Source: a bacterium (lineage in GTDB: Bacteria; Patescibacteriota; Minisyncoccia; Phycocordibacterales; Phycocordibacteraceae). From it: 44,160 bases of DNA. The DNA lies in the NCBI GenBank assembly GCA_021789225.1, contig JAJYJQ010000004.1, positions 1-44,160 on the forward strand, given 5' to 3'. Below the pieces are notes generated by a model. It worked only from the letters and a program-made list of their open reading frames with translations. It had not been told where the DNA came from and did no database searches. The position numbers and the translations under genes are program-made. The first letter of the stretch is position 1; every line of letters begins with the position of its first letter. Shown in pieces: positions 1 through 9,249 of the stretch.

Positions 1-351
1 GACTTGGCCGTCATGCGCGTGCGCTTCCGGCATCTGCGCACCCATCGGTATGAACAGGAAAAGCACGAGCCCCGACCAAAGCACGATCGAGATTGCAAGG
101 ATCCCCATACTCGTCGGCGAACTCCATGGATACGCATGATGCGCAACCAGCCACGCCACGAGCGGCGAAACGAGCAGAAAATCCGCCCACATCCCGCCGT
201 GCTGCATGAATGAGAAGCCACGCTCGACGCTATACACCCGCATCTGCGACTTCGTGAGAAATCCGTCAATCAAGGCGGCCGTGGCCTGCGCCCAGATAAG
301 GAGCCACCCGCCCGCCAACACGACCATGGAAACCGCTGTCCTTGGATTCAC
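1..351 (-). CDS. Hypothetical multi-pass membrane protein, 3' end runs off the window (not in the ORF track)
   Basis: GTG at 351 after AAGGAGGT SD; open frame MNPRTAVSMVVLAGGWLLIWAQ...HGGMWADFLLVSPLVAWLV...LFLFIPMG with hydrophobic segments; TTGACT-N17-CATAAT promoter at ~448-420. Confidence 0.7.
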   Translation of the reverse strand, partial: MNPRTAVSMVVLAGGWLLIWAQATAALIDGFLTKSQMRVYSVERGFSFMQHGGMWADFLLVSPLVAWLVAHHAYPWSSPTSMGILAISIVLWSGLVLFLFIPMGAQMPEAHAHDGQV

Positions 352-419
352 TCCGACACCTCCTTCTTCTCTATTTTTGTGAAAAGCCCTCGCGACCGAG
401 GGCGAACTATACCGCGTTC

Positions 420-448
420 CATTATGCACTTTTCTTTTCAAAAGTCAA
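420..448 (-). promoter_or_regulatory. Sigma70-type promoter for the 1..351 gene
   Basis: Minus strand TTGACT-17 nt-CATAAT. Confidence 0.55.
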
Positions 449-492
449 AGCGGCAGGGTGACTGCCGCTTTTTGTGATGGTTGGGCCAGATG

Positions 493-1863
493 TTACTTCT
501 CGCTGGCCATTTTGAATTGTCGGAGCGCCCGCCGGTTTGCGTCGTCCAGAAGCTTGTCCCCCTCCGGCGAGGGATGCAGCATCGCTTGCGCTACTGCATG
601 GAAGGCGCTTTCGCTCCGTATCGACATCGGGTTATACTCACCTGCTCCCAATGGTTGCGTGAGCTCGGCCTCGGCGCGCAATCCGAAGTGCTCCTGCATC
701 CCACGATTCCATTCGAAATTGTGCGCAAGCGTCCAGAGGAGGACTCCCTCTACCGGCACGCCCTCTCTACTCGCCACATCAATATGTCTCATGGTTTCCA
801 GTATCCACCACGGGCGTCGCAGATCCCGCTCATCAGAGAAACCAAATTCGGTAACCCAAAGCGGCTTGCCCGGATAACGCTGGTGCATGCGCTCGAGCGT
901 CTTGCGGATGCCTTCGGGATACACGTCTCCCCAGTCGAGATATCTACCGTACGTATCCGGGCGTTTGCCGCGCCACAGATCATCCATCCAGCAGTAGTAC
1001 TGCAGCCCGACGAAGTCGGTGTGCGTTCCGTCGCGTTCGAATTTGTCCGCGACAAAATGCTCGATGCCTCGGAAAAACGAGCTCCCGAACCCTTGGTGAT
1101 ACTGCCAGTTGTGGCCGATGCCGACGTGCACACTCCACCCTTTACGGTACGCCATTCCTTTCAGTAGCTCGTACGCAATGTCGTGCGCCGCGACAAGCTT
1201 TTGCAAAACGATCAATGCAATGTCGACCCTCCCTTTCCGATGCGGCGGGAAGATGCCTATGACATTGCCGTGTCCGATGACTGCCATCGGCTCGTTGATG
1301 GTCATAAAGTGGCGCACAAGCCCGTTGGCGATCAGCCGGTCCTGCTCCTTCGCGTCGAGCTGCATGTCTTGCAGCACCGCACGAACCTTGTCGTCGTCCG
1401 CAAGAAATCGCGTGACGTTGTCGACAAGGAAATGGAAGTAACCCCTCGCGCCTCTAAGCTCCCATGCATTCTGCACGATCTCGCCATTCTTGCCGCTGAT
1501 ACCTGTGCTGTCGAACGGCATGGTGTAATGATTGAGCGTCAGAAACGGCTCGATGCCGTGCAGACGCAGTAAGGCCATCTGCTGCACGTACCGTTTCATC
1601 ACGCATTCATCGAACGTGCCTGGTCGCAGCACAAGATCAGGCTCCAGCGAGAACCGGAACATGTTCACGCCAAGCCTTTCCAGGAAAGCTACATAATCCG
1701 GAAAATGTTTCGACAATTGCGGCAAGGTTTCCTTCGCGAGCCTCCGTCTGGACACCCAATAGTTCCAGTCAGACGCGAGCTTGAAAGAACCCTTTTCATC
1801 TCTTGGCAGCGGATCCGATTGGAATGTTGACGTCCCTACTCCGACATACTGTATGCGTTTCAT
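493..1863 (-). CDS. Glycoside hydrolase family 1 (beta-glucosidase/beta-glycosidase-like)
   Basis: GH1 motifs: N-terminal G.GTSTFQ, FRFSLE, TLNHYTMP, acid/base TINEP, nucleophile VTEFG, WTLAHNFEW; AAGGAG SD. Confidence 0.9.
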   Translation of the reverse strand: MKRIQYVGVGTSTFQSDPLPRDEKGSFKLASDWNYWVSRRRLAKETLPQLSKHFPDYVAFLERLGVNMFRFSLEPDLVLRPGTFDECVMKRYVQQMALLRLHGIEPFLTLNHYTMPFDSTGISGKNGEIVQNAWELRGARGYFHFLVDNVTRFLADDDKVRAVLQDMQLDAKEQDRLIANGLVRHFMTINEPMAVIGHGNVIGIFPPHRKGRVDIALIVLQKLVAAHDIAYELLKGMAYRKGWSVHVGIGHNWQYHQGFGSSFFRGIEHFVADKFERDGTHTDFVGLQYYCWMDDLWRGKRPDTYGRYLDWGDVYPEGIRKTLERMHQRYPGKPLWVTEFGFSDERDLRRPWWILETMRHIDVASREGVPVEGVLLWTLAHNFEWNRGMQEHFGLRAEAELTQPLGAGEYNPMSIRSESAFHAVAQAMLHPSPEGDKLLDDANRRALRQFKMASEK

Positions 1864-2028
1864 CGGCGAACTCCTTTTTGAAGGTGCAATTCATAAGTCG
1901 CACTGGTTGCAGCCCTGGTTCAGTCCGGTGAGACAGTACCATTTCTGGGGTGAGATATCGAGGAAGTGCCCTGCGTGAGCAAGGCTACGCGAAACCGTGT
2001 ACTAAGGTGTTAGACACATCAGTACAAA

Positions 2029-2052
2029 GACCTCGGTATCTCTACCGAGGTC
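2029..2052 (-). terminator. Hairpin/intrinsic terminator downstream of the 2249..2653 gene
   Basis: GACCTCGGTA-tctc-TACCGAGGTC, followed by TTT on the minus strand. Confidence 0.5.
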
Positions 2053-2073
2053 AGTTACTTTAAAATTCTCTTA

Positions 2074-2235
2074 GAGCCCGTTAAAAAACCCACCCTGCCT
2101 GCACCGCCGATTTTCGGGCTGCGGCGCACTCGTTTCGTCCTCTATGTGCCACAAGCACATATCGGACTCCAACTCGACGCCTCGCCTCGAAAATCGGCGG
2201 CTCGGCTGGGGTACCGCGGGTTGTTTAACGGGCTC
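2074..2235. mobile_element. 162-bp MITE-like palindromic element (family A)
   Basis: 18-bp terminal inverted repeats GAGCCCGTTAAA(A/C)AACCC (17/18 match), TTA on both flanks, nested inner inverted repeats CCGCCGATTTTCG/CGAAAATCGGCGG and TATGTGC/GCACATA. Confidence 0.75.
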
Positions 2236-2248
2236 TTAGATAGAGCCG

Positions 2249-2653
2249 CTAGGCGGCCTGTTGCCGATAGTGCTCCCGAAGGATATTTGCTTCCTTGATC
2301 TCCATCGACACGAGGCCTTTGACAAAGAAGCCAATACCCATGTCCCAGTATGCTCTGGAGAGCGGAGCGATCCACGTAAGGATGAACTCCGATTTCTGGT
2401 GATGCTGAATCAACCGCTCGAGGGCAGGCATGGCCCGACTGGACTCACCGCTCTCAATCGACGATTTGATTTCGCCCCACCAAAAAATCTTCGGCCTCAG
2501 CTGAGCAAGCCTCAATGAGGCCCACGTTTTCCTGAAACCAAAACCTCTTTGCTGCATCTCCTCATACTTGCTCGCTTTGTTCACGAGCTCTTGGAGCATA
2601 TACCCCACGCTCCAAAGAACATGCTGCCGGATCTTTTCGATATCTTCGGCCAT
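2249..2653 (-). CDS. Hypothetical protein (134 aa)
   Basis: ATG with GGAGG SD; no recognisable motif. Confidence 0.6.
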   Translation of the reverse strand: MAEDIEKIRQHVLWSVGYMLQELVNKASKYEEMQQRGFGFRKTWASLRLAQLRPKIFWWGEIKSSIESGESSRAMPALERLIQHHQKSEFILTWIAPLSRAYWDMGIGFFVKGLVSMEIKEANILREHYRQQAA

Positions 2654-2860
2654 ATTTCCCTCCGTTTTGGTTTTGAAGCAACGTGATTACTGGGCCACCC
2701 GGTTCGCCACAACAGAAAATGGCCGATGTGAGCCGCTTTCTGCTGTGGCGAACACCCTTCTCAAGGTGCTGTATTCTGGCTTAAAGCGTCTCAGATATTT
2801 GCCAAATTGTCAAGAGGAAGACGCGGAGCGGGTTTCGCGCGTGTTATCATCACAGCAACC

Positions 2861-5245
2861 ATGGAAAACACCGACGCCGTCTTGCAGCCGCTCTCGTTTG
2901 CGCAGCAGCTCGCGACCTACCGACGCATGGCGCTTGAAATCACCTACCTTATCGCGCGCAACGTCTTCATTCTCGTCAACATCATCATCTTCTCGGTCGT
3001 CGGCTTGCTCATCTATTTCGGCGACATGCGCGAGGGTCTCTCGCTCGCCGTGATCATCTCCATCAACATGGTGCTCGGCATCATCCAAGATGTGAACGCG
3101 TGGATCGTGCTCGAGCGCTTGCAAGTCCTCACCGCCATGCGCGTCACGCGCGTGCGCGCCGACGGCACGCGCGAAATCGTCTCACCGGAGGCGCTCGCCA
3201 AAGGCGACCGCATCGCACTCTCGCTCGGCGATACGGTGCCCTGCGACAGCACGCTCGCGGAGTCGCGCATGCTCGAGGTGAGCGAGTCAGTCATCACCGG
3301 CGAGTCTGCGTCCTTCCCCCGTGCGGTCGGCGAGCCGCTCCTGGCTGGCAGCGTCATCACGGCCGGCCACGGCATCGCCACCGCAGACACCACCTTCCGC
3401 GAAAGCCGCATCGCCAAGATGACCGCGCGCATCAAGCGCTACACCGTGAACGAAAGCCCTATCCAGCGCACGATCACCACCGTCGTCACCTACACGGGCT
3501 ATCTGCTCATCGCCGCCATCCTTTTCATCATCGCGCATGGTTCGCTCACGGGCGCACCGTGGGTGGACACGGTCAAGACCATCGGCGCGCTCTCGGCGGT
3601 GCTCGTGCCACAAGGGCTCGTGGTGGCAGCGACGCTCCTTTTCGCGTTCGGCGGCATCCACTTCTACCGCCGCCACGTGCTCCTGCGCGAAGCTAATGCC
3701 ACTGAAAAGCTCGCGCGCATCAAAAACCTCTGCGTGGACAAGACCGGCACGCTCACCGAAAACGCACTCACGGTCGAGACACTCATCGTGCCGGAAGGGG
3801 TAGAGCGCGCGCATGCCGAAACTCTCACTCGAGCCTACGTCGCCTCAAGCGATACCTCGGAACTCATGCGCTCCCTCGACGCATTCCTCGGCAAGAACGC
3901 AAACGAGCTTGAGATTCTCGGGGAGCTCCCCTTCTCGTCTTGGCGCCAGTATGGGGGCGCGCTGCTAGGCGACGCTGGTGCACCGGTCGCCGTGCTCGCC
4001 GGCACGCCCGAGGTCTTTACGCCGCACATGAGCGAGATACATCGCGCGTGGCTCATGGAAATCATCACGAAAGAAGCCGGTGCAGGCAAGAGGGTCTTCT
4101 GCCTCGTGCGCGACGAAGCTGCGAGTGCACTGCCGCAGACGCTTGAGGACACCGATGCGCGCCTTACGCCGCTCGCGGTCTTCGTGCTCACCAACCAGCT
4201 GCGAGAAGGCACGCGCGCGACTATCGATTTCTTCCAGGAGCGCGGGGTGCGTATCCGTGTGCTCTCGGGCGACAACACCGAAACCATCCAGGCCGTCACG
4301 CGCGCAGCGGGGATCAACCAACCGGACAAACTCATCACCGGCGCAGAAATGAGCGGCTGGACCCAAGCCGACTATGACGAACGCGCGAAAGACTACACCA
4401 TCTTCGCGCGTATCGTGCCCGAGCAGAAGGAGCACATCATCGACGCCCTAAAGAAAGACGGCTTCACCGCGATGGTCGGCGATGGCGCCAATGACGCGCT
4501 CGCCATCAAGAAAGCCGACGTGGGCGTGGCGATGTTCGATGGCACGCCGGCCACTCGGCAGATCGCCGCGGTCGTCCTCATGAGGAATAGCTTCGCCGAG
4601 CTCCCCGACGGCGTGCGTCTCGCCGACAGTATCATCGAAAATCTCTACCTCTTCGGCGCCGTGTTCATGAACCAGACCGCACTCGGCTTCTTCCTTTACG
4701 TCTTCCTCACTGCGCTCGCTCACCCCTTCCCCTTCTCGCCGCTCAATATCGCCTTCACCAGCTACTTCGCGATCGGCATCCCCAACATGCTCATCGGGTA
4801 CTGGGCGATACGTCCGGCAGGTGAGGTCGGCAAGGCAGGGGCGGAGTCTTTCGTGCGCAAAGTGTTCCCGTATGCGCTCACCTCGGGCGCTGTGGCGGCA
4901 CTGTTCCTCACCGGCATCTTGCTCATACCGACGAACGCTCTGGGTGCCGCGTCCGCAGCGACGCTCAGTGTGCTCGCGTTCGCGGTCTTGGGGTACCTGT
5001 TCTTCGTGATGGCGCCGCTGGCCTACAGCACGGCAAAGCGCCCGACGCGCGGCTGGGAGCTCCTAGGCGTGGGCGTCGGCGAGGTGGCGCTCGCTGCAGT
5101 CGTGCTCGCCATTCCATTCGCACGCACATTCTTTGACCTCACCCTCGTACCGCTCTACACCGTTATCTGGCTCGTGCCGGTCTTCTTCGGCTATGCCCTT
5201 ATCCAATATCTGCTCGCGCGTGGCTTCGCGCGCTATACGCGCTAA
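2861..5245 (+). CDS. P-type ATPase, CtpE-like cation transporter with PQGL in TM4
   Basis: TGES, DKTGTLT, LSGDN, GDGAND motifs and many TM helices; start placed at ATG 2861 after TGtTATCAT. Confidence 0.9.
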   Translation: MENTDAVLQPLSFAQQLATYRRMALEITYLIARNVFILVNIIIFSVVGLLIYFGDMREGLSLAVIISINMVLGIIQDVNAWIVLERLQVLTAMRVTRVRADGTREIVSPEALAKGDRIALSLGDTVPCDSTLAESRMLEVSESVITGESASFPRAVGEPLLAGSVITAGHGIATADTTFRESRIAKMTARIKRYTVNESPIQRTITTVVTYTGYLLIAAILFIIAHGSLTGAPWVDTVKTIGALSAVLVPQGLVVAATLLFAFGGIHFYRRHVLLREANATEKLARIKNLCVDKTGTLTENALTVETLIVPEGVERAHAETLTRAYVASSDTSELMRSLDAFLGKNANELEILGELPFSSWRQYGGALLGDAGAPVAVLAGTPEVFTPHMSEIHRAWLMEIITKEAGAGKRVFCLVRDEAASALPQTLEDTDARLTPLAVFVLTNQLREGTRATIDFFQERGVRIRVLSGDNTETIQAVTRAAGINQPDKLITGAEMSGWTQADYDERAKDYTIFARIVPEQKEHIIDALKKDGFTAMVGDGANDALAIKKADVGVAMFDGTPATRQIAAVVLMRNSFAELPDGVRLADSIIENLYLFGAVFMNQTALGFFLYVFLTALAHPFPFSPLNIAFTSYFAIGIPNMLIGYWAIRPAGEVGKAGAESFVRKVFPYALTSGAVAALFLTGILLIPTNALGAASAATLSVLAFAVLGYLFFVMAPLAYSTAKRPTRGWELLGVGVGEVALAAVVLAIPFARTFFDLTLVPLYTVIWLVPVFFGYALIQYLLARGFARYTR

Positions 5246-5256
5246 TATAGCCGCAT

Positions 5257-5982
5257 ATGAAACTTTCCCTCATCATCCCGACCCTCAACGAAGAGAAATA
5301 CATCGAGCGCACGCTCAAAAACCTCAAACAGATTCACTCCGTCGAGCATGAGATCATCGTTGCAGACACCAACAGCAAGGACCGCACGCGCGAAATTGCC
5401 GAGCGGTATGCCGATACGGTGGTGGTATACGACGGCGCAAAGAAACCAAACGCCTCCATCATCCGCAATCTCGGGGCGAGCGTTGCAAAGGGCGACGTGT
5501 TCCTCTTTCAGGACGCCGATGTACTCCTGACGAACCCAGATCACTTCGTCGCACACGTGTGCGAAGTGCTCGATCAAAATCCGAAGCTCGTCGGCCTCAC
5601 CGCCGCAACGCGTGTAGAGCCCGAGCTTGAGACCCGCGCCGACCGCGTGATGTATTGGATCGTCAACACGACGTTCATTTTTCTGAACAATATCTTCCAT
5701 GTGGGTGGCGGCTCCGGCGAATGCATCGTCGCGCGCCGTGAAGCTTTTGAAAAAATCGGTGGCTTCGATGAAGCGCTCCCCATCGCCGAAGACAACGACC
5801 TCTTCCAGAAGCTCGCACGTATCGGGCGCACCCGCATCCTCATGGAGCTCCTCACCCTTCAGCCGGGCCGGCGCCCACACGCCGTGGGCTGGCCGCGCCT
5901 TCTTTGGCAGTGGCAGGTCAACTGGTTTTCTATGACCTTCCGCCACAAATCCGTCGGTAGCACCTGGGAAGAGGTGCGCTAG
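5257..5982 (+). CDS. Glycosyltransferase family 2
   Basis: LSLIIPTLNEE, IIVAD..SKD.T, RNLGA, FQDAD, GGFDE...ED motifs. Confidence 0.9.
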   Translation: MKLSLIIPTLNEEKYIERTLKNLKQIHSVEHEIIVADTNSKDRTREIAERYADTVVVYDGAKKPNASIIRNLGASVAKGDVFLFQDADVLLTNPDHFVAHVCEVLDQNPKLVGLTAATRVEPELETRADRVMYWIVNTTFIFLNNIFHVGGGSGECIVARREAFEKIGGFDEALPIAEDNDLFQKLARIGRTRILMELLTLQPGRRPHAVGWPRLLWQWQVNWFSMTFRHKSVGSTWEEVR

Positions 5983-5984
5983 GA

Positions 5985-6590
5985 TCACTTCTTGCGTGCT
6001 TCTTTCTGCTCGCGCGAAAAGCCGAGACGTCGTTTCGCTCGCGCGCTAAAGCTGTACACGATAGCGAAGAGGATGACGATGGCCGCGAGCGTCTGCACGC
6101 CTATGAGCGACCTCGAGATGAGGGTGAACGCACTACTGAAATAGTAACCAAGCGTGATGAAAAGCGCGTACTGAAGAAGCGTAATGAGGAGCGCACACGG
6201 AAAATAGCGCCTCGGAGGCAGATTCACGAACCCGGCCGAGACGAGCATCGGCGGTGCGAACCCGTACGCGAGCTTGCTCACCGTCATCGTCGCGAGCGTG
6301 TGGTCGAACCAGAGCCGCCGGAGCCGCTCTATCGAATCCGCTGCCCCGTCATGTTCGGCGAGCATGCGTTTGACGAAGGCGAGATTTTTGCCATAGCGCC
6401 CCAGACCATACAGGATCGCGTCCGGAAAGATATCGCTCGCTACATATAAAAGGTATGCCGGGACCGCCTGGAGGAAACCGGAGGCGACGAGCGTCCCCAC
6501 GATAAAAGATGAAATCGGCCCCTCGATAAACCCGATCGGCACGAGAATCGCATAGCGATACGTGAGCATGAGGCCGGTCACGTGGTCCAT
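5985..6590 (-). CDS. DedA/SNARE-associated family membrane protein
   Basis: IEGP, D.ILYGLGRYG, AG...LP.RRY, LGYYF pattern typical of DedA. Confidence 0.8.
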   Translation of the reverse strand: MDHVTGLMLTYRYAILVPIGFIEGPISSFIVGTLVASGFLQAVPAYLLYVASDIFPDAILYGLGRYGKNLAFVKRMLAEHDGAADSIERLRRLWFDHTLATMTVSKLAYGFAPPMLVSAGFVNLPPRRYFPCALLITLLQYALFITLGYYFSSAFTLISRSLIGVQTLAAIVILFAIVYSFSARAKRRLGFSREQKEARKK

Positions 6591-6725
6591 AGCTTCACGC
6601 TATCCTCCCGTGCGCATGTTTCTCATGAATACGCTTGCACATCACGCGCGGTATGGCACCATGCCTCTAGGCCTGAACCTTACGGATGAAACACTAAAGC
6701 GGCTGCAAGCCAGAAGGAGGGAAAG

Positions 6726-7310
6726 ATGCTGACACAAAGAGAGTTATGGTTGCAGGGTCTGCCCGAATCGACATCAGCAGCAGGAATCGGGGCGCTCAGA
6801 AGCAAGCACCCATGGATTAGCCGCTACGTGCCTGACACGCGGCCGATACTGTGGGCGTTTGAAGAGCGGGCGACTCCCGCCCTGCTCGACTACCGCTCCC
6901 GCGGGACCGGCGCAGATGCTCACCGGGGATTCGGCGAGACGATGTGGCTCGTCAACAAACACGGCAAGCTGGTGATCTTCGACGAGGAGGAGCGCATTCA
7001 GAAACCTCAGGAGGAATACCCGCGCCGGTTCCTCTGGTTTTTCCTGGTGTTCAGGATGCTTGTTCTCGGAACACGGAAGATTCGCGGCATCGTACAAACG
7101 GGAGAATACGTCGAGGCCGTCGTGCGCCGACTCGGCACGAAAGCGGATAGTGTCCGGTACGCGCTCTCGTACGACCCCGCCACCAAGGCAGCCATCGTGT
7201 ACACGGTGCCGAAACGCGTGTTGCGACAATGGCTCAAAGAGGAAACCTCGCGTACAGAGGACACTTTCCTTTCGCATCTCGCCGAGCAGAGGATCTTGGA
7301 AATCGACTGA
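6726..7310 (+). CDS. Hypothetical protein, paralog of 9250..9714
   Basis: AAGGAGG SD and downstream terminator; shares PW...Y.PD/E, GIV..G..V..VV..L..KAD..RY.L, VY.VPK..L..WL.E with the 9250 gene. Confidence 0.7.
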   Translation: MLTQRELWLQGLPESTSAAGIGALRSKHPWISRYVPDTRPILWAFEERATPALLDYRSRGTGADAHRGFGETMWLVNKHGKLVIFDEEERIQKPQEEYPRRFLWFFLVFRMLVLGTRKIRGIVQTGEYVEAVVRRLGTKADSVRYALSYDPATKAAIVYTVPKRVLRQWLKEETSRTEDTFLSHLAEQRILEID

Positions 7311-7325
7311 AGCCGATCGCCCCCG

Positions 7326-7352
7326 AAAGGCCCGCCTCCTGGCGGGCCTTTT
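7326..7352 (+). terminator. Intrinsic terminator
   Basis: AAAGGCCCGCC-tcct-GGCGGGCCTTTT. Confidence 0.7.
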
Positions 7353-7418
7353 CATGCCCAACACTTCATCATCGCAATCTCGGCGCGAAAGCGACAAAAG
7401 ACGCGCGAGGAAACAAAA

Positions 7419-7446
7419 AGGCTCGTAACATTGCTGCTACGAGCCT
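7419..7446 (-). terminator. Intrinsic terminator of the lipoprotein operon
   Basis: AGGCTCGTA(a)CA-ttgc-TG(c)TACGAGCCT followed by a T-run on the minus strand. Confidence 0.6.
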
Positions 7447-7471
7447 CTGATAACAGCGGGTACGGCGCGGA

Positions 7472-8008
7472 CTACTGTCCTTGTACTCGCCTGTCGTCCC
7501 TTGACTGAACACTGATCACCATCGGCTTGGTGGTAAGGTCAAACGGTTTGTCGGAATAGAGATATTGGCCGCTCCACTGGACATACCGTCCATCGGGCGT
7601 GAAGCAGTAGATGTACTCGTCCGACTTGCCGTAGGTGCCGTCTTCGCTGGCTGCGTCCACAACGAACTCGTTGCTGTATTGTCCTTCCATAATTTCCTGG
7701 CCGCGCGTCAGCCGCTTGTTGCTGCTCGTGCATTTGCCGTCAACCGTAAGATATTGGACCGGTTGTCCCATATCATTCAGGAAGACGACATACCCGATGA
7801 TTCCTGGTTTACCGAACAGATGTCGGCGTTTTGCGATGTTATTGATTTCGTACGAGTTTGTCACGGCCCGTTCCGCTTCTGCTGCCGCTTTCTCGCGCAT
7901 CTTGGCAAGTGCGTCAGATGGCTTTGCCGGGGGCGGCGAGTTTTCGCAAGCCGCCAAACCGAGAGCACATACCGCCAGGATACTCAACACGATCCATGCC
8001 TTCTTCAT
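7472..8008 (-). CDS. Putative lipoprotein, paralog of 8012..8536
   Basis: Signal peptide with lipobox LAAC; shares GKPG.I.Y, YLTVDGKCTSS.KR, DGT.G.S..Y.YCFT.DGRY.QWSG.Y..SDKP..LTTKP with its neighbour. Confidence 0.8.
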   Translation of the reverse strand: MKKAWIVLSILAVCALGLAACENSPPPAKPSDALAKMREKAAAEAERAVTNSYEINNIAKRRHLFGKPGIIGYVVFLNDMGQPVQYLTVDGKCTSSNKRLTRGQEIMEGQYSNEFVVDAASEDGTYGKSDEYIYCFTPDGRYVQWSGQYLYSDKPFDLTTKPMVISVQSRDDRRVQGQ

Positions 8009-8011
8009 TTT

Positions 8012-8536
8012 TCATTTCCCCTTTCCGGCTTTGGTGATGACCACCGGCTTTGTAGTGAGCTCAATCGGCTTGTCCGAAAGAAAGTAATTGCCGCTCCACT
8101 GGATATACCGACCATCGGCCGTAAAGCAGTAGAGGTACGGCGCCGAGCTTCCGAACGTACCATCGTCGGACTGCCTCGCAATCGCGACCGATTTGTACTT
8201 CGGATTACCCTTACCGTCCTCGCCATAGGTGATGACTTTTTCTTCCTCGGGTTTTTCAATCCGCTTCTTACTGCTCGTACATTTGCCGTCGACCGTGAGA
8301 TACATGACGACCTGACCCGATCGAGATAGCAGAACTGCATAGCTTATGACGCCAGGTTTGCCGTAGAGTTCTCGGCGGTTCTTGATGTTGGCGATTTCCG
8401 ACGAAGCTGTCGCGCTACGCTGCGCTTCTGCTGCAGCCTGTTCGCGTAGCTTGTCGAGTTGCTGGCCTTGGGCATGGGATATGCCAAAGACCACAAGGAG
8501 CGCACTCGCCAGGACCGCTCCTAACGCCCTTTTCAT
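8012..8536 (-). CDS. Secreted protein, paralog of 7472..8008
   Basis: Signal peptide (SHA-Q cleavage-like); clear similarity to the downstream gene; start overlaps the upstream stop. Confidence 0.8.
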   Translation of the reverse strand: MKRALGAVLASALLVVFGISHAQGQQLDKLREQAAAEAQRSATASSEIANIKNRRELYGKPGVISYAVLLSRSGQVVMYLTVDGKCTSSKKRIEKPEEEKVITYGEDGKGNPKYKSVAIARQSDDGTFGSSAPYLYCFTADGRYIQWSGNYFLSDKPIELTTKPVVITKAGKGK

Positions 8537-9030
8537 TCGCAGACCTTGTAGTCATACGAAGGCGGGAGCGGAATCGCAGCCTGACCGTCAACCAGTCCGG
8601 TGAAGAACTGGTTGGGGTCTTTGAACAGACGACTGTCGATGCGCTGCGAACGGGAGTTGTACTGCCCGACCAGATTGTTGCACACCTGCTTTGCGCCGGT
8701 GAGCTCGGTCATGCGGGCAGCCGCACGTTCGTCCGTATGCGCTTCGGCGTACGCCAAGTTCTCCTTCGCCATCTTGATGTTGGCGATCTGGGCTTGGATG
8801 CCGTTGTTGGCATCACGGAACCAGCGATAGTTCTCCAGCGCCGCATCCGGATCCATGACCTGGTTGACGACCCCGACGGCCGTATCAACCGGCCGGGTAA
8901 TGAGCCAGGAACCGAGACCGAGCAGCCACAGGACCAGCCCGATAACGAACATCGCTACAAGAAACGCGACTCCGTATCGGATGATGCTTCCCGACGCTTC
9001 GCGCGGGGACGGAAATCTACTTTCATTCAT
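8533..9030 (-). CDS. Membrane-anchored helical hypothetical protein
   Basis: GGAGG SD 7 nt before ATG 9030; one N-terminal TM helix then a helical domain (NYRWF...IQAQI...LVGQYNSRS). Confidence 0.7.
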   Translation of the reverse strand: MNESRFPSPREASGSIIRYGVAFLVAMFVIGLVLWLLGLGSWLITRPVDTAVGVVNQVMDPDAALENYRWFRDANNGIQAQIANIKMAKENLAYAEAHTDERAAARMTELTGAKQVCNNLVGQYNSRSQRIDSRLFKDPNQFFTGLVDGQAAIPLPPSYDYKVCE

Positions 9031-9110
9031 GCTCATTCCTCCGTAATTCAGTGTTTTTGTGAAGTTTGGCCTCTTTTTGCCAAACCAAGGTTTCAATGAA
9101 CTCCATGTAC

Positions 9111-9175
9111 ATATTACAGCGTATTTACACTTTGTCAATCTTCAAAATTGACTATTTTCCAGAGTCTGGCACACT
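9111..9175. promoter_or_regulatory. Back-to-back divergent sigma70-like promoters
   Basis: Minus: TTGACA(9138-9133)-16 nt-TAATAT; plus: TTGACT(9148-9153)-16 nt-CACACT preceded by TG. Confidence 0.45.
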
Positions 9176-9249
9176 GTACGCAGATGCTGTTGTTTTCATG
9201 AACGAGCGGGCAAGGGGCCTGCTCGAGAAAAATTGAGGGAGGAGAAACT

